Of a stretch of 64,000 nucleotides of DNA, positions 47,896-60,124 are shown in pieces (position 1 is the stretch's first letter; every line of letters starts with the position of its first letter). The position numbers were made by a program, and so were the translations under genes. The notes beneath the pieces are model-generated. The model had not been told where the DNA came from, searched no databases, and saw only the letters and a program-made list of their open reading frames with translations. Source of the DNA: Cirrosporium novae-zelandiae (lineage: Eukaryota); assembly GCA_026023565.1 (NCBI GenBank), contig JAPETS010000065.1, positions 1 to 64,000 of the forward strand, given 5' to 3'.

Positions 47896-50611
47896 ATGGA
47901 GTTCTTTACTCTTCTTTCGCTCGCTCTATTCTCCCTTTCGGGCTATGCTGGAGTTGCTTCTGCCGCAAATGCGACAGCCAGCTTGAGCAATGCTACCTAC
48001 AAAAATCCTAATGCATCAATCAAAGCTAGGGTCGCCGACCTTGTATCACGTATGACCTTGCAGGATAAAGTGGCCCAATTGATGCAAGGTAATATCCTTC
48101 GGTCTATATAATGGAATATACACAAAGGACTAACCGACTACAGGTGATATCACTAATTGGCTTAACGGAACCTCTGGAGAGTTCAATTATAGCGGCCTTG
48201 TTGCGAACATGGAATACAAAGCCGGTTCATTTTATGTTGGGACGATCAACCGTCAAGATTATCTAATAGAGAACATCAAACGCGCGCAAGATTACCTATT
48301 ATATAATACCACCCTTGGAATCCCAGCATTAGTGCAAACCGAAGGCATTCATGGCTTTCTGTTTCCTAATGCTACTATTTTTAATTCCCCCATTGCCTAT
48401 GGATGCTCATTTAACCCTGATGTGAGAGATATTTTCCATATCATCCTAAGTGCATTAAGCTAACGGATACTAGCTCGTTGAAGAGATGGCTAAGGCAATT
48501 GGCGAAGAAGCAGCAGCTTTAGGGGTGAATCAATTATTTGCTCCTCTAGGAGATCTCGCTCGAGAGCAACGTTACGGTAGAGTTGAAGAGACAAACTCCG
48601 AGGATGCATACCTTGCGGGAGAGATTGCCTACAGCTATGTTGTTGGCTTGCAAAGTACTAAGGTTTCGTCAACCGTCAAGCATTTTGCTGCATACAGCAA
48701 CCCTGAACAAGGGCTTAACTGCGGCCCTGTGCATGGGGGGGAAAGAGAACGTCGGATGACGTGAGTATCACTGTCTTGACAAATCCTACGCGTACTTTAC
48801 TAATGTATATCATAGGTGGCTTCCCTCCTATAAACGTGCTATTGTTGATGCTGATGCTTGGAGTATCATGTCGGCCTATCATTCGTATGATGGCGTCCCT
48901 GCCATTTCTGACTATCATCTTCTAACCGAGATTCTTCGTGATGAATGGGGCTATGAGTATTATGTGATCTCAGATGTCTGTTAGGCCGATTTCAGGATTC
49001 ATTCGCCAGAGGCTAATTTTCTATAGGCTGGAGCCACTGACAGGCTCTTTGATAATTTCATGATTTGCGGAACCGATGATTACGAATGTGTTACCGAAAA
49101 TGTTCTTCCTGCTGGGAACGACGTGGAAATGGGAGGCGGATCCTTGTAAGAGAATGTTCACTTATGGATGGAATAATAGACTGATTCCTTTCTCTACAGC
49201 AATTTTAAGACTATCCCCGAGCTTATAGATAGCGGCAAGATTGATCTTGACGACGTTAATACTGCAGTATCCCGCGTACTTATGGCTAAATTCAAAATGG
49301 GCCTATTCGAGAATCCCTACTCGGCTCTGAATTATTCGCTCATCAACGGCACTGTCCATACGCCTGAAAAGATTGCCTTGGCAAGGAAACTTGATAAGGA
49401 ATCAATCGTCCTACTTGAAAATCACAACTCTACACTCCCTCTTAGCAAGAACAGTAAGATAGCTGTCATCGGTCCTATGGCTGACGGAGTCATGAATGTG
49501 AGCATTTTTCTCCCCTACTTGATTCGTATGCTGATAATCTTACTAGTATGGTGACTATGTTTTCGCCCATAGCGATGAACGGGGAGTAACTCCTCTTGTG
49601 GGTATCAAAACCGCTGTTGGTTCGAACGGATCTGTTATATATACTCAAGGTTGCGAGAAATGGAGCAACAGCCAGAGTGGTTTCTCTGAAGCCGTAGCCG
49701 CAGCAGAAAGTGCCGATGTCGCTGTCGTCGTCGTTGGTACTTGGTCGCGAGACCAGTCAGAGCTTTGGTCAGGATTAAATGCAACGTAAGCGCTCATGTT
49801 ACGGCAAATCTAGATGTATAGGCTAATCCTTTTGTCCAGAACCGGGGAACATGTTGATGTTGCCGACCTTCATCTCGTTGGAGCTCAATCGGCTCTTGTT
49901 AAAGCGATTGCAGATACTGGCGTACCCACTGTGGTTGTATACTCCTCTGGAAAACCCATCACGGAGCCTTGGATATCTAACGGCACTGCTGCCCTTGTTC
50001 AACAATTCTACCCCTCTGAACAAGGAGGTAATGCCCTCGCAGATGTTCTCTTTGGGGACTATAACCCAAGCGGGAAGCTTTCTATGTCATTCCCATATGA
50101 TGTTGGAACTCTCCCGATCTACTACGACTACTACCATTCTGGCCGCACTACCGATCCCGGATCGGTTGATTCCAACGGTACCCTCGTGTTCGGACATCAA
50201 TACGTCTTGAACACCCCACAACCACTTTACGAGTTCGGCTACGGTAAGAGCTATACTACCTTCGAATACTCTAACATCACACTTTCAAAAAAGAACGCCA
50301 CCACCACAGATACCGTCCAAGTATCCGTAAGCGTCACCAACAGCGGCTCGGTCGACGGAACCGAAGTCGTTCAGGTCTACATCGAAGACAAGATTTCCTC
50401 AGTCGAGGTGCCGAACCAGCTACTCAAGGGCTTCAAGAAAGTTTTTATACCTGCTGGTTCAACTAAGACCGTCACAATCCCTATCAAGGTGGAGGACCTT
50501 GGCCTCTGGAATATTAGAATGAAATATGTCGTTGAGCCTGGAGAATTTGAAGTCTATGTGGGATCTAGCTCACTTGATATCCGCAGCACTTCGTCCTTCT
50601 ATGTCTCTTAG
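47896..50611 (+). CDS. Secreted GH3 beta-glucosidase/beta-xylosidase with C-terminal Fn3-like domain; 7 introns (48089-48143, 48422-48473, 48761-48815, 48976-49026, 49146-49199, 49498-49546, 49786-49839)
   Basis: Signal peptide, QTEGIHG, RYGRVEET.SED, VKHFAAY, IMSAYHSYDG, VISD|AG (nucleophile Asp), ESIVLLEN, TGEHVD, NPSGKL, FGYGKSYTTF and EVVQVY. Confidence 0.93.
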
Positions 50612-51500
50612 GAAGGAGGGAATGGCCAAGCAAAGGGAATCACATACAACTATTTCTTTTGCAAGTCACTTGGTAAAAAAAGAAACTAGAACATAATTCT
50701 CTGCGGGTTTTCAAAATTTCTTTTGCCTGATGGAAACGATTACGACGCGCATCTGTATTCGCGCACACTCATGTTTCATAACCTTGACTTCTTGTACAAA
50801 TTTCACAGGAGCACTTATCTCTTTCGTACCATTTCTTGATGTACACACATATATGAAAACCATCACCTGCCCAGAAGTATATCTCAAGGTTCGTAAAATA
50901 AAAATAAAAAATAAAAGATAAATATAACTTTTGTTCGTATACATATAGAACCCTTCACATATATACTGTAATTAAACATGTTTTTTTTTTCATCAATATG
51001 TGGTTGCAAAGGTACGGATAGTGACGCAATAGTGAAACCAGGAAATGGTGTTATAGGATAATATATATCAACATACATACTACACCTTGAAGAGATGAAA
51101 TCAGGTTATGTTGTAAATCGGGTTTCGCTTTTTGGTCCGACCTTTGGTGGTACAGTAATTACAGTATATTTTTGCTTAACGCGAGTATTACATAGTATTG
51201 GTAATTATGGAAACTTTAATTATCGCCGCCTTAGACTAAGCGCTAAGCGAGATACACTCTTTGACGTCAAGTATGCTAGTTCTATTTGGTATATTAGAAA
51301 GGTGTCGGCTCAGCCAAGGTTATCATAATACGAATAGTGTGATACCTATTCCTGGGGGCATTTTACAATCAGCGACATTTTTAATGCACCTCTAACAAGA
51401 GTTTTCTGGGAGTTCCTTCTCCAGTTGTTCATTTCTTCATCCCCCACTTTTTTATCGTTGTGTATGCAGAGGTGACTCCTCTGCTCGACCATAAGTCAAC

Positions 51501-52635
51501 ATGCAAGGCTTTAATATGGGACGGTGCGTTTCCTTAACAGCAGTAATCAATGTGCAGGCAATACTAAATATGCAGTTATGTCCCACCTGAATATGAAGGA
51601 ACAACATCAGCGAACAAGCTCGCAGGCAAACATGCCCTCGGAAATCGCGCGCGCAAAGCAAACCAGGGTATTCTTACGGTCCGTTTCGAGATGCCTTTTG
51701 CGATCTGGTGCACAACATGTCCAAAACCCACGATAATTGGACAGGGCGTCCGCTTCAACGCGGAGAAAAAGAAAGTGGGAAATTACTTCTCTACTCCTAT
51801 CTATAGCTTTCGCATGAAACATACTCCATGTGGTGGATGGATTGAAATACGCACGGATCCACAAAATACCGCCTACGTGGTTACGGAGGGGGCGAAGAAG
51901 AGGGATACTGGTGAAGACAAAGTCTTGGACGGAGAGATTATAATTAGAACGGATGATGAAAAAGAACGGTTGGCTAATGATGCGTTTGCGGCACTGGAGG
52001 GCAAGGTGCAGGACAGAAAACAAGCCGAGACCCACAGAACTAGGATCGAAGAGTTGGAAAAGCTAAGTGATAGGCACTGGGACGACCCATTTGAAGTCAA
52101 TAAACGGCTGAGGAATACATTTCGTGTAGAACGAAAACTTAGACAGCATAAAGAGCAGGTCACGGAGGATCTTAAGGACAAAATGAGCCTTGGTATCGAC
52201 CTTCTAGATGAAACGGAAGAAGACCGAATAAGAGCTGGTTTCGTTGAGTTTGGAGAAATCGATCCAGAGAATGCTATTCGCAGGGCACGGTCAAGACCTT
52301 TATTTTCAGGAACGGGATCAGATAGCGGTCGAGACAACAAACCCCCTGATGGAAAACGCAAAAGGCTTAGTCCGGAGGAGCTGTGCAAGGAAAGGAGAGA
52401 GAAGATGGGCTTGGAGTTCAGCAACAATACTAGGGCTGCTATAGACCCCTTTCTCGTATCCAAAGGAGGAAAATCTGAGAGCGGAGGCATATCTTTGGGA
52501 ATCAAGAGGAAGAGACTCCAGGATACTCCGGGACCCAATACAGTCACCGAATCCGACAGCAAGGCGGCTGTAAATGATACAACGTCAAGCAACTCTAAGC
52601 AAGTTTTGGCATTAGTAGACTATGAGTCGGACTAA
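51501..52635 (+). CDS. saf4: CWC16/Yju2-family splicing factor (CCDC130/Saf4-like); intron 51524-51575
   Basis: MQGFNMGR|YVPPE...LTVRFEMPFAIWCTTC...IGQGVRFNAEKKKVGNYFSTPIYSFRMKHTPCGGWIEIRTDPQNTAYVVTEGA, ending ALVDYESD. Confidence 0.9.
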
Positions 52636-53011
52636 GGTTGAAATTTAAGCGTACGGGCTTGACCCCTGATGTAAGTATATTTATTATGATACCCACAGAT
52701 CGAAAGTATGAAGAATATGTGAAATATTTTTTTCTCTTATTATCACACCTTTCCCCACGTAAAAGAAGTTCCTAGTATCCGTCTTTTATTTTCAAAACAT
52801 TCGCTTGCCTACCTACCTATTTAGGTAGGGTGGAGGGCCTTGTATGTGCGCCTTCCTACAAGTGACGACGGACCCCCCCCTCTCCCCATTCCAGACCCTT
52901 CCACCCATCCATAAAAGCCAGACTCTTCTTCCCCCCACGAAGTGAGCAAACCTCAATCTCAACTCCAGACATTTCCAGTTTTACACTCGGGTAATTTACT
53001 CCAAGTACATC

Positions 53012-54315
53012 ATGGATATGGATGCTGGTTCTGAGAAGGTTGGTCCTCCTAGTAAACTCCCTTGTTTGCTAAAAGACGACCATCCCGAACCAGTTCCTGG
53101 ATCAGTTCCAGAAGGCGATACGAAGTCAGATGGGGTGTCTGTTGATAAAATTGAGGCCACTCAAAGTGAGGGCGGGAGGATTCTCGAGGAGCTCGTACCT
53201 CTCCCTCGAATGGTCCATACTATCGATAATAATCTCGGATATCTACGCAACCAGAATGAGGCTCTTCAACTGGATGTCCGATCCCTTCTACAAGATCATG
53301 CCCTGATCTGGCATTTGCACTCCAATATTGAGATACTTCAAGACGAGAACCGGGAGTTGCGACATACATTGGTAAATGAAAGCCGGAAAACAAGAGATAT
53401 GATCAGGAAACAGGCCATCGAATCTGACACATACCTGAAGGAGTTGCTTAGAATAGAATCAAAGTCATTACAACATTCGAACCAGCAATCTGCCAAGGAG
53501 ATAAAAGATCTACTCAAGAAGGAGTTAGGAAACGTCAAAAACTTGCTGAATAATACAAAGGATATCTGCAAGAGCACAATAAAAGAGATCAAGTCGGGGT
53601 TTAGCAGCATCAAACAACACGTGGAGGAAGTGGCTAAACCAGGGCTTGAAGGGTTAAAAGGTGATATGAATTCGATGAATTCATTGATGGCGGGGATAGC
53701 AGGAAGCTTAGGTGTCATAGAGTATGGGTTCCTAGCCATCCTAGTGCCATACTTGTCCACTAACGCTTAATATCAAATAGGCCTATCCATCAGCGACACA
53801 TAAGTACTAGGGAACTGCCAAGTGCTTTAGAACGTGCAGAAACAGTCGATATCGTCGATACTGCTAGACTACGACGGCGCCGTCCACCATTCCATCGCCG
53901 GCCACAAATATTACCGTCAGGGATGACACCAGGAACCGGGGCAAATGCCACTATTGTTAACATAAATTCCATGACTCCCCCTGAAATGGAGATACCAACT
54001 ATCAAGGTTGAGTTGCCATCGATGTCTCAAACCTTCCTCGGACCCTTTCCCGCTGTGCAATTGCTCGATGGAGCCATTACTTCAAAATCCTTCTCACTTC
54101 CCCACAACGATCCCCCGAAGACTACTAAAACGTCACACAGCGTCTATCCTCAAGAAGCACAGTCAACTCCCTCTTTTCTTGTTCCAACTTATCCAGAAGT
54201 GACTCTCGCCTCTACAGCTCCTTCTCGAAAGCGCAAATGCATGGAGTCGTTACCAACTGACTCAGACTTGGGGCTAAAAAAAGTAAAGATGGACCCAGGA
54301 ACCCCGCCACTTTGA
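53012..54315 (+). CDS. Hypothetical protein with central coiled-coil and C-terminal basic NLS-like motif; intron 53722-53780
   Basis: ORFs 53012-53770 and 53923-54315 are joined in frame by a GTATGG..TAG intron with a CTAAC branch point. Heptad-like region LRNQNEALQLDVRSLLQ...; C-terminal RKRK and KKVK. Confidence 0.6.
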
Positions 54316-55322
54316 GGTGGGAGGTGGGGAGATACATCATCGTCATCTCGTTCCTTATCAGAGAAGCCATTATCTCCTTAAGCTCCACTTGCATTGCATT
54401 ACACCTCGTGGGGGTAATGGCTCTTTTGCTATGGATAGAGGATCGAGATTGCGATGGTGATGGATAAGAGGACGACGTATTCTCTTTCGTTAAACATTTT
54501 TTGTGCGCTATTTGATTATCATAAGTTTGCAATTAGAAAGGAGGAGGGGCAGGGGGGTGCTTCAGGCTTTACGATTGATATGGTTGTATAAAAAGTCTTT
54601 TTAAAAAAAAACAATACTGTCATTAACTACTTAACACTACCTAACCTACTTAGCTAGCCAGAATAGAAAAGAATAGAAAACCGAATATCATATATATTGT
54701 CAGTAACTAAAAGCTTCTAAACTGATAGTAATATATATATTCATGCTATGCCAGCGTCCCCCCCTCGAAAAAAATCGAGAACCCACCATTCTATTACGAT
54801 TACGATTACCATACAAAAATACATATCACAACACAAACGACATTCCGACATCCATTACTGTACCGCTTGCCCGAGCCTACGTACCTATGGGTAGGTACGT
54901 AGGTAAGTAAGTAAGTAATAAGAAATTCAGATTGAGATTCACAGTAACAATATGAAAGTGGAAATGATAGCTGCAGTCGCTGTTATTTTGTTCTGTATGC
55001 ATGTATACATACATATCTACCCGTTCCAACACAACCAGTTTATATAGAATATAGAATATATCCCAACACTAATCAACACCAAATAATTATCCCACCTCCC
55101 TTTAGCTGGGCTTAATTACCTAGGTAGTTAGGTGAGAGTTTAGTTAGGCTTGTTCTCTTTACACATAGATATGTTGGATATAGATCTATATCGTATCTAT
55201 TTTCAATTTTGATTTTGATTCGTTTTTTATGGATGGATGGATGGAATGGATGGAATGAATGAATAAACTCGGTGGTTTGAACTTTAACTTTATTCTTCTT
55301 CCGTCTTTGGTTTGTTTGGTTC

Positions 55323-58300
55323 TTATGTTTTACTCTTATTGCCAGCTGTAGTAGTGGAGGCGGCGGCAGAATCCCCTCTCCCTCTGCCCCCACCTCCACC
55401 CCTAGAAGTCCTCCCTTCCCCTCTCCCCCTCCCACTCCCTCTCCCCCTTCCTCTCCCCCCTCTAGCCCCACTCCCACTCCCACCCCCTCCTTTCCCATCA
55501 CTCCTCTCCCTATCCCTATTCCTATGCCTACCTCTCTTCGACCCTCCCCCCCCACCACCACCACCCCTCCCACTAACATCCCCACCCCCACCCACATTCA
55601 CAGAAGAAGAAGCAGCAGCCTCCTCAGCCATAATCTTCCTACTCTCAGCATCCCACCACTCCTGAAACTCCTGTTCCTGTTGGATGTCCTGCAAGCTGCG
55701 TTTGGCGACTGCTTCTTTGAGGATTTCTTTTTCGGTTTGTTGTTGGGCGAGGATGTCGGCCATGGAGAGGTGGAGGGAGGGGGAGGGATGGGGATGGGGA
55801 TGAGAGTGGGAAGATGGTCCGGGGGTTGATGATGGTTTGGATTGGGATTGGGATTGGGATTGGGGATCTGGAGCGGGCTTTTTGCGAGGGGTGATGTTTC
55901 CGGGGATGGTTTGGCGCATGGTTAGGGAATGTGCTGGTGCTGGTGGTGTTGGGGGTCTCTGAAGAACGTCTTTTAGGGAGATTTTCGGTCCCGCTGGCGC
56001 GGTTTGCCATGGTGATGTTTTGCTCTGACTGGCTGAAGAGGTTGCGGATTTGATTGGGGTTTTTATGGCAGATGTGGATGGCTGAGCTTCCTGTTGGTGT
56101 TGCAGTTGTTTCTTTCTTTCCTTCTGTGACAGTTTTCCTCCAAATGTTCCAGCGGGTTTTGAAAGGCCTGACGAAATCCCGGATACCCTGTTAGATGCAG
56201 CTTGAGCCATGATGTCCTTCATCTCTAATTTACCTGTTTGGAGAGGGCTTGAACCCCAAGGGTTTGCAGCGGCTGCCGAGATAGGAGCCTTGGGATGGCT
56301 GGACTGTTTCTCCTGGGTTTCCGAAAAATTAGCAGTCGACAGCGAATCGCCCTGATCGTAATGCTGCTCTTCGGCTACCTCGTCAATGGCAGTACTGCTG
56401 CTCTTTCTTCTATCCCTCGCCGACTCTCCCTGAAAGTCGAGGTCAACGGTTGACTCGGGCTTTAATCCATCTTCATCCATATCGAATAATAAGTCGCTGG
56501 AAGAAAACTTTGGCTTTAGGGAAGGGCTCGAATGGGTTGTTGGTATTTGCATTGACCCTCGACGTTGAGCCTTTTGAGCCGAGGGCGACGTCGAGACACC
56601 ATCATAACTGCCGATCTTGGCCTTTATAGAGCTAGAAAACTTGGCCTCATCTTCGTGCAAATGTGATCTCAAGGCCATCGAGTCAATCTTTCTCCGACGG
56701 CTTTGATCAAGAAGCTCGGCCAATTCTGGATGACATTGCATCAATTCTGCCTCGGCTTGCCCGCTCTTCGCAAACGGCAAACATGTAAGCTGATTTTGTC
56801 GAATGACTTCATCCAGCTCGAAAAGAAGATCGTCATCGAGTTCATCGAGTAATCTGTAGAAGGATTAGTTAGAGAATGAGCTGGAAGATAGATTTGGTGG
56901 CGTACTGATTTTCTAACATGGCCTCAAGATTTAGGCATATGTATTCGAGAGCGGCATTTTTGAATTCGGTCACAGAGCAAGGCGCAACAGCATTGACAAG
57001 CGAGCACACGTTTCGAATATTGACTACGAATAGTTAGCTGTGTAGCTTGGAGATAGTACAATATAGGCCTACCATAGCGACCAAGTACCCTTTGACAAAT
57101 TTGTGCCAGTCGGTCTAACATTAGCTCGTTGGCGACACCCATCACTTCAAGCACAATATCCAGAAAGTCGTCTAGATCATTGTCTGTCAGATGGTCAAAC
57201 AACTCTTCGCCAGTATCAGCATACAGGTATCGAAGCACGAGGTTAAAGATATCGGGTTCAATGTGCTTTAGATCAACTCTGACTAATGGAGTGGTCTCCC
57301 CTTTCTCACCACGCCTTGAAGATAGCCAACGGCCACCAGTACGACCATTGAAGAGACCCTCAAAGAAAGGACACCTCTGACAAACGAATGCGCTGTGAAC
57401 CTTGGCTTCCCCACCGTCAAGGTCAATAACTGTATCTGCAGAATTAAAGTAACCATCTCGCTGTATGGCCTGCTCCATGTCCTTATGAAGGGTCTTTGAG
57501 GGCTCATTCATAAGTCGCGCAGCATGTTCAAGACCAAACATTTCCAATTGAGCCGCAATTTTTATCAACTCTACGCGAACCTGGCGATACCTAAACGCGT
57601 ATTCAGGAACCCTTCTTGTATAATGCCAATAGTCCACGAACGTATCAGCATAGATATAGAATACCCAATTGAAGGTGGTCAAGAAATCGACACCTTGAAA
57701 CACAAGTTGTGTCTGGCCTCCCTTATCATATTCAAGGTGAAACACATCTGGCACCTCATAATAATAAGATTGGCGGAATTCAACAAAGGCCTTTTGAAGA
57801 ACAGAGCTTCTGCCTGTTATCATGAACTCGTGAATCGGAATTCGAACATCCGAAACACTACTTTTGACCCAGACATCGTAGGAATTATTTCCGGGTTTCA
57901 GTTCCTTGAGTAAAGCATCCACATCTTTTTCCAGATCGACTGATTCCAAAGCTGCCATTCTAATTGTGCCAAGACCTGGTGTTGGATTTTCTATGTCGGA
58001 AGCTTCTTTCTCTGGCCTAAGGCCGCGAAAGGGGAGCAAGGAAGAAATATCGTTCCATAAGCCAGGTGGTGTCACGTCGATTTGATCATTGGTTACATCG
58101 AAGTCCTTACGAACTGCAGCGAACGCCCCGAACGCATTGCTTCGGACAGCAACGGCACGAGTTAGTGAAGGCACTCTAGAAAATTTATAGTCTTTAGGTT
58201 TGTAATTAATTCGTCCCGAGGATGGAGTATCTTTGATTTTTGCACGTTGGACACGCCTCCAGACGGAACCGGATTCTGTACAAATGATAATTGATCCGTC

Positions 58301-60124
58301 CTGCCCAACGTCAACGTCACGGACAGCCATATGATCCTTCTTAATCGACCACGCTTTGTAAGGTTGAGATATCACATTTCTAGTTTTATTTGGATTAGTG
58401 GTCGAACCCGCCGAGGACCCGGAATCGGATTTTTGGTTTACATTAACGGTGAAAACTTCACCCCAACTCGACATTGCACAAATGGTATTACCACCCGAAG
58501 TGATCTTTGTAATGCAATTTACAGGCGTATCGCGAATGCGGATATTGAGAAAAAAATTAGTGAAGCCACCTAGAGGGAATGATAATCTGATGTAGAGGAA
58601 ATGAGAAAAGACCCATACCTCATGGCTCTCAAGCAAACAGCAAGTTGCACGATCAATTGCCGAGACTGCTTGAATGCCAGATGAGAACCGAGAGGCACCA
58701 ACACGGCGTGGTGTTGTCTGTATTTCCAATGAGGCAGCATCGGAATCAACTAGTCCGAGCTGGCCTTCATTCTTCCCAAATGTATAAAGAGCAGTCAAAG
58801 TATGAACAACCGAATGGATACTAGAAGCAGCAATGCCGGTAACAAACTCCTTTTTTAGAGGGCCGAAAATCTGACGAGGAAGACTCTGGACCGGTTGATC
58901 GCCTTTTATACTGGATTTTGGCAAGCTATATCCCAACTGGCCAAAAGAATTCATCCCAAAGCTGAATACTTCCCCCAAGCCAGAAACGGCAAGGGTATGG
59001 TTTTGACCAAGAGCGACATCCATTATCTTTTTGCCAGCTATTGCGCTATCTTCAATGCAAACAAAACGAAATCTAGTGATTTCATCTCCAGTGCCGAGCC
59101 TTCCCCCTGGACCAAACCCACACATATAGAGATTGGAATAAGGATCGTCGGTTATAACAGCAGTGGAAAGCTTTGACATATGGACATTACGAATGACAAC
59201 TGGCCGATTACGTATAACTGCAGGGATGTCTGACAAGCTTCTTTCAGGATCTAAACCTGAATTGTCGTTGAGAGACTCGAGCCAAAAAGACCGAAGTAAG
59301 TGCTCAGGACGGCTGAGAGTAATTCGCTCCGGATATTGCCTATTATCCTCATCTCCAAGACCTAAGGTCAGGTTCTTGTTGCTGCCGAAGGTGTAAACTT
59401 CATCACCGCCGATACACACCATCGATTTGAGCAGATTTTGTGCCATCTGGGTGCCTGTGCCACTATCATCAAGACTATGTTCGACACCTGACTCTTCTCC
59501 CCCCACCTCACTGTCGTCTATGAAAAATGGCAGAGATTTGATGTTCCGAGAGGCTATCGTTGCACCATAGACGTCAAAAGGACTGTTGCCTTCTTTATCC
59601 TTAATCTTTATCAAACCTCCTGCATGTGATCCTACATTGCTAGTAAAAGTAGTCGCATCATGGATATCTCGGGTCATCATAGAACGGGCGACCGTAATGT
59701 TGCCAAAGTATAGGGCTCGGTGTAGCGCTGTCCATCCATTCTCTAGATCTTGAATATATAGGTCAATAAGGGGTGCCTCGAGGAGGGCTAGTGCAAAATC
59801 AATAGCACTGGGATCAGTAGAGGATGCCGCATGGTGTAGAATTGTAAGGCCAATACTATCTCTTGAATTGATATCCGAACGAGTGAGAGTCAATGGCTGA
59901 CTGTGACCTTGTGCTTTTCCCTTTTGCCTCGGGGTGGTCTTGGGCGAAGAACCCAATGGCACGGTTGGACTTCCCACATTGAAGGTGGGAGTCCCGAACG
60001 AACCTGATAGGTTCTTTAGCCTTTGGGTATTTGTTCCACCGGTGCTATAGCTGGCATTTGCCAATAGCCGTCGAAAGCTTTCGACATCATCCTCGAGGTA
60101 ATATCGCCAGAGATAGCTGCTCAT
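55323..60124 (-). CDS. btb1: Ankyrin + RCC1 + BTB/POZ domain protein (Btb1/IBTK-like Cul3 adaptor) with RGG-rich C-terminus; introns 57072-57024, 56905-56854
   Basis: Ankyrin motifs GLTILHHAAS and GWTALHRALYFG; RCC1 repeats VYTFGSNKNLTLG, GGRLGTGDE, FGMNSFGQLG and FGKNEGQLG; BTB regions IPIHEFMITGRS and VHSAFVCQRCPFF; C-terminal SLQDIQQEQEFQEWWDAESRK then GRGRG repeats. Confidence 0.92.
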
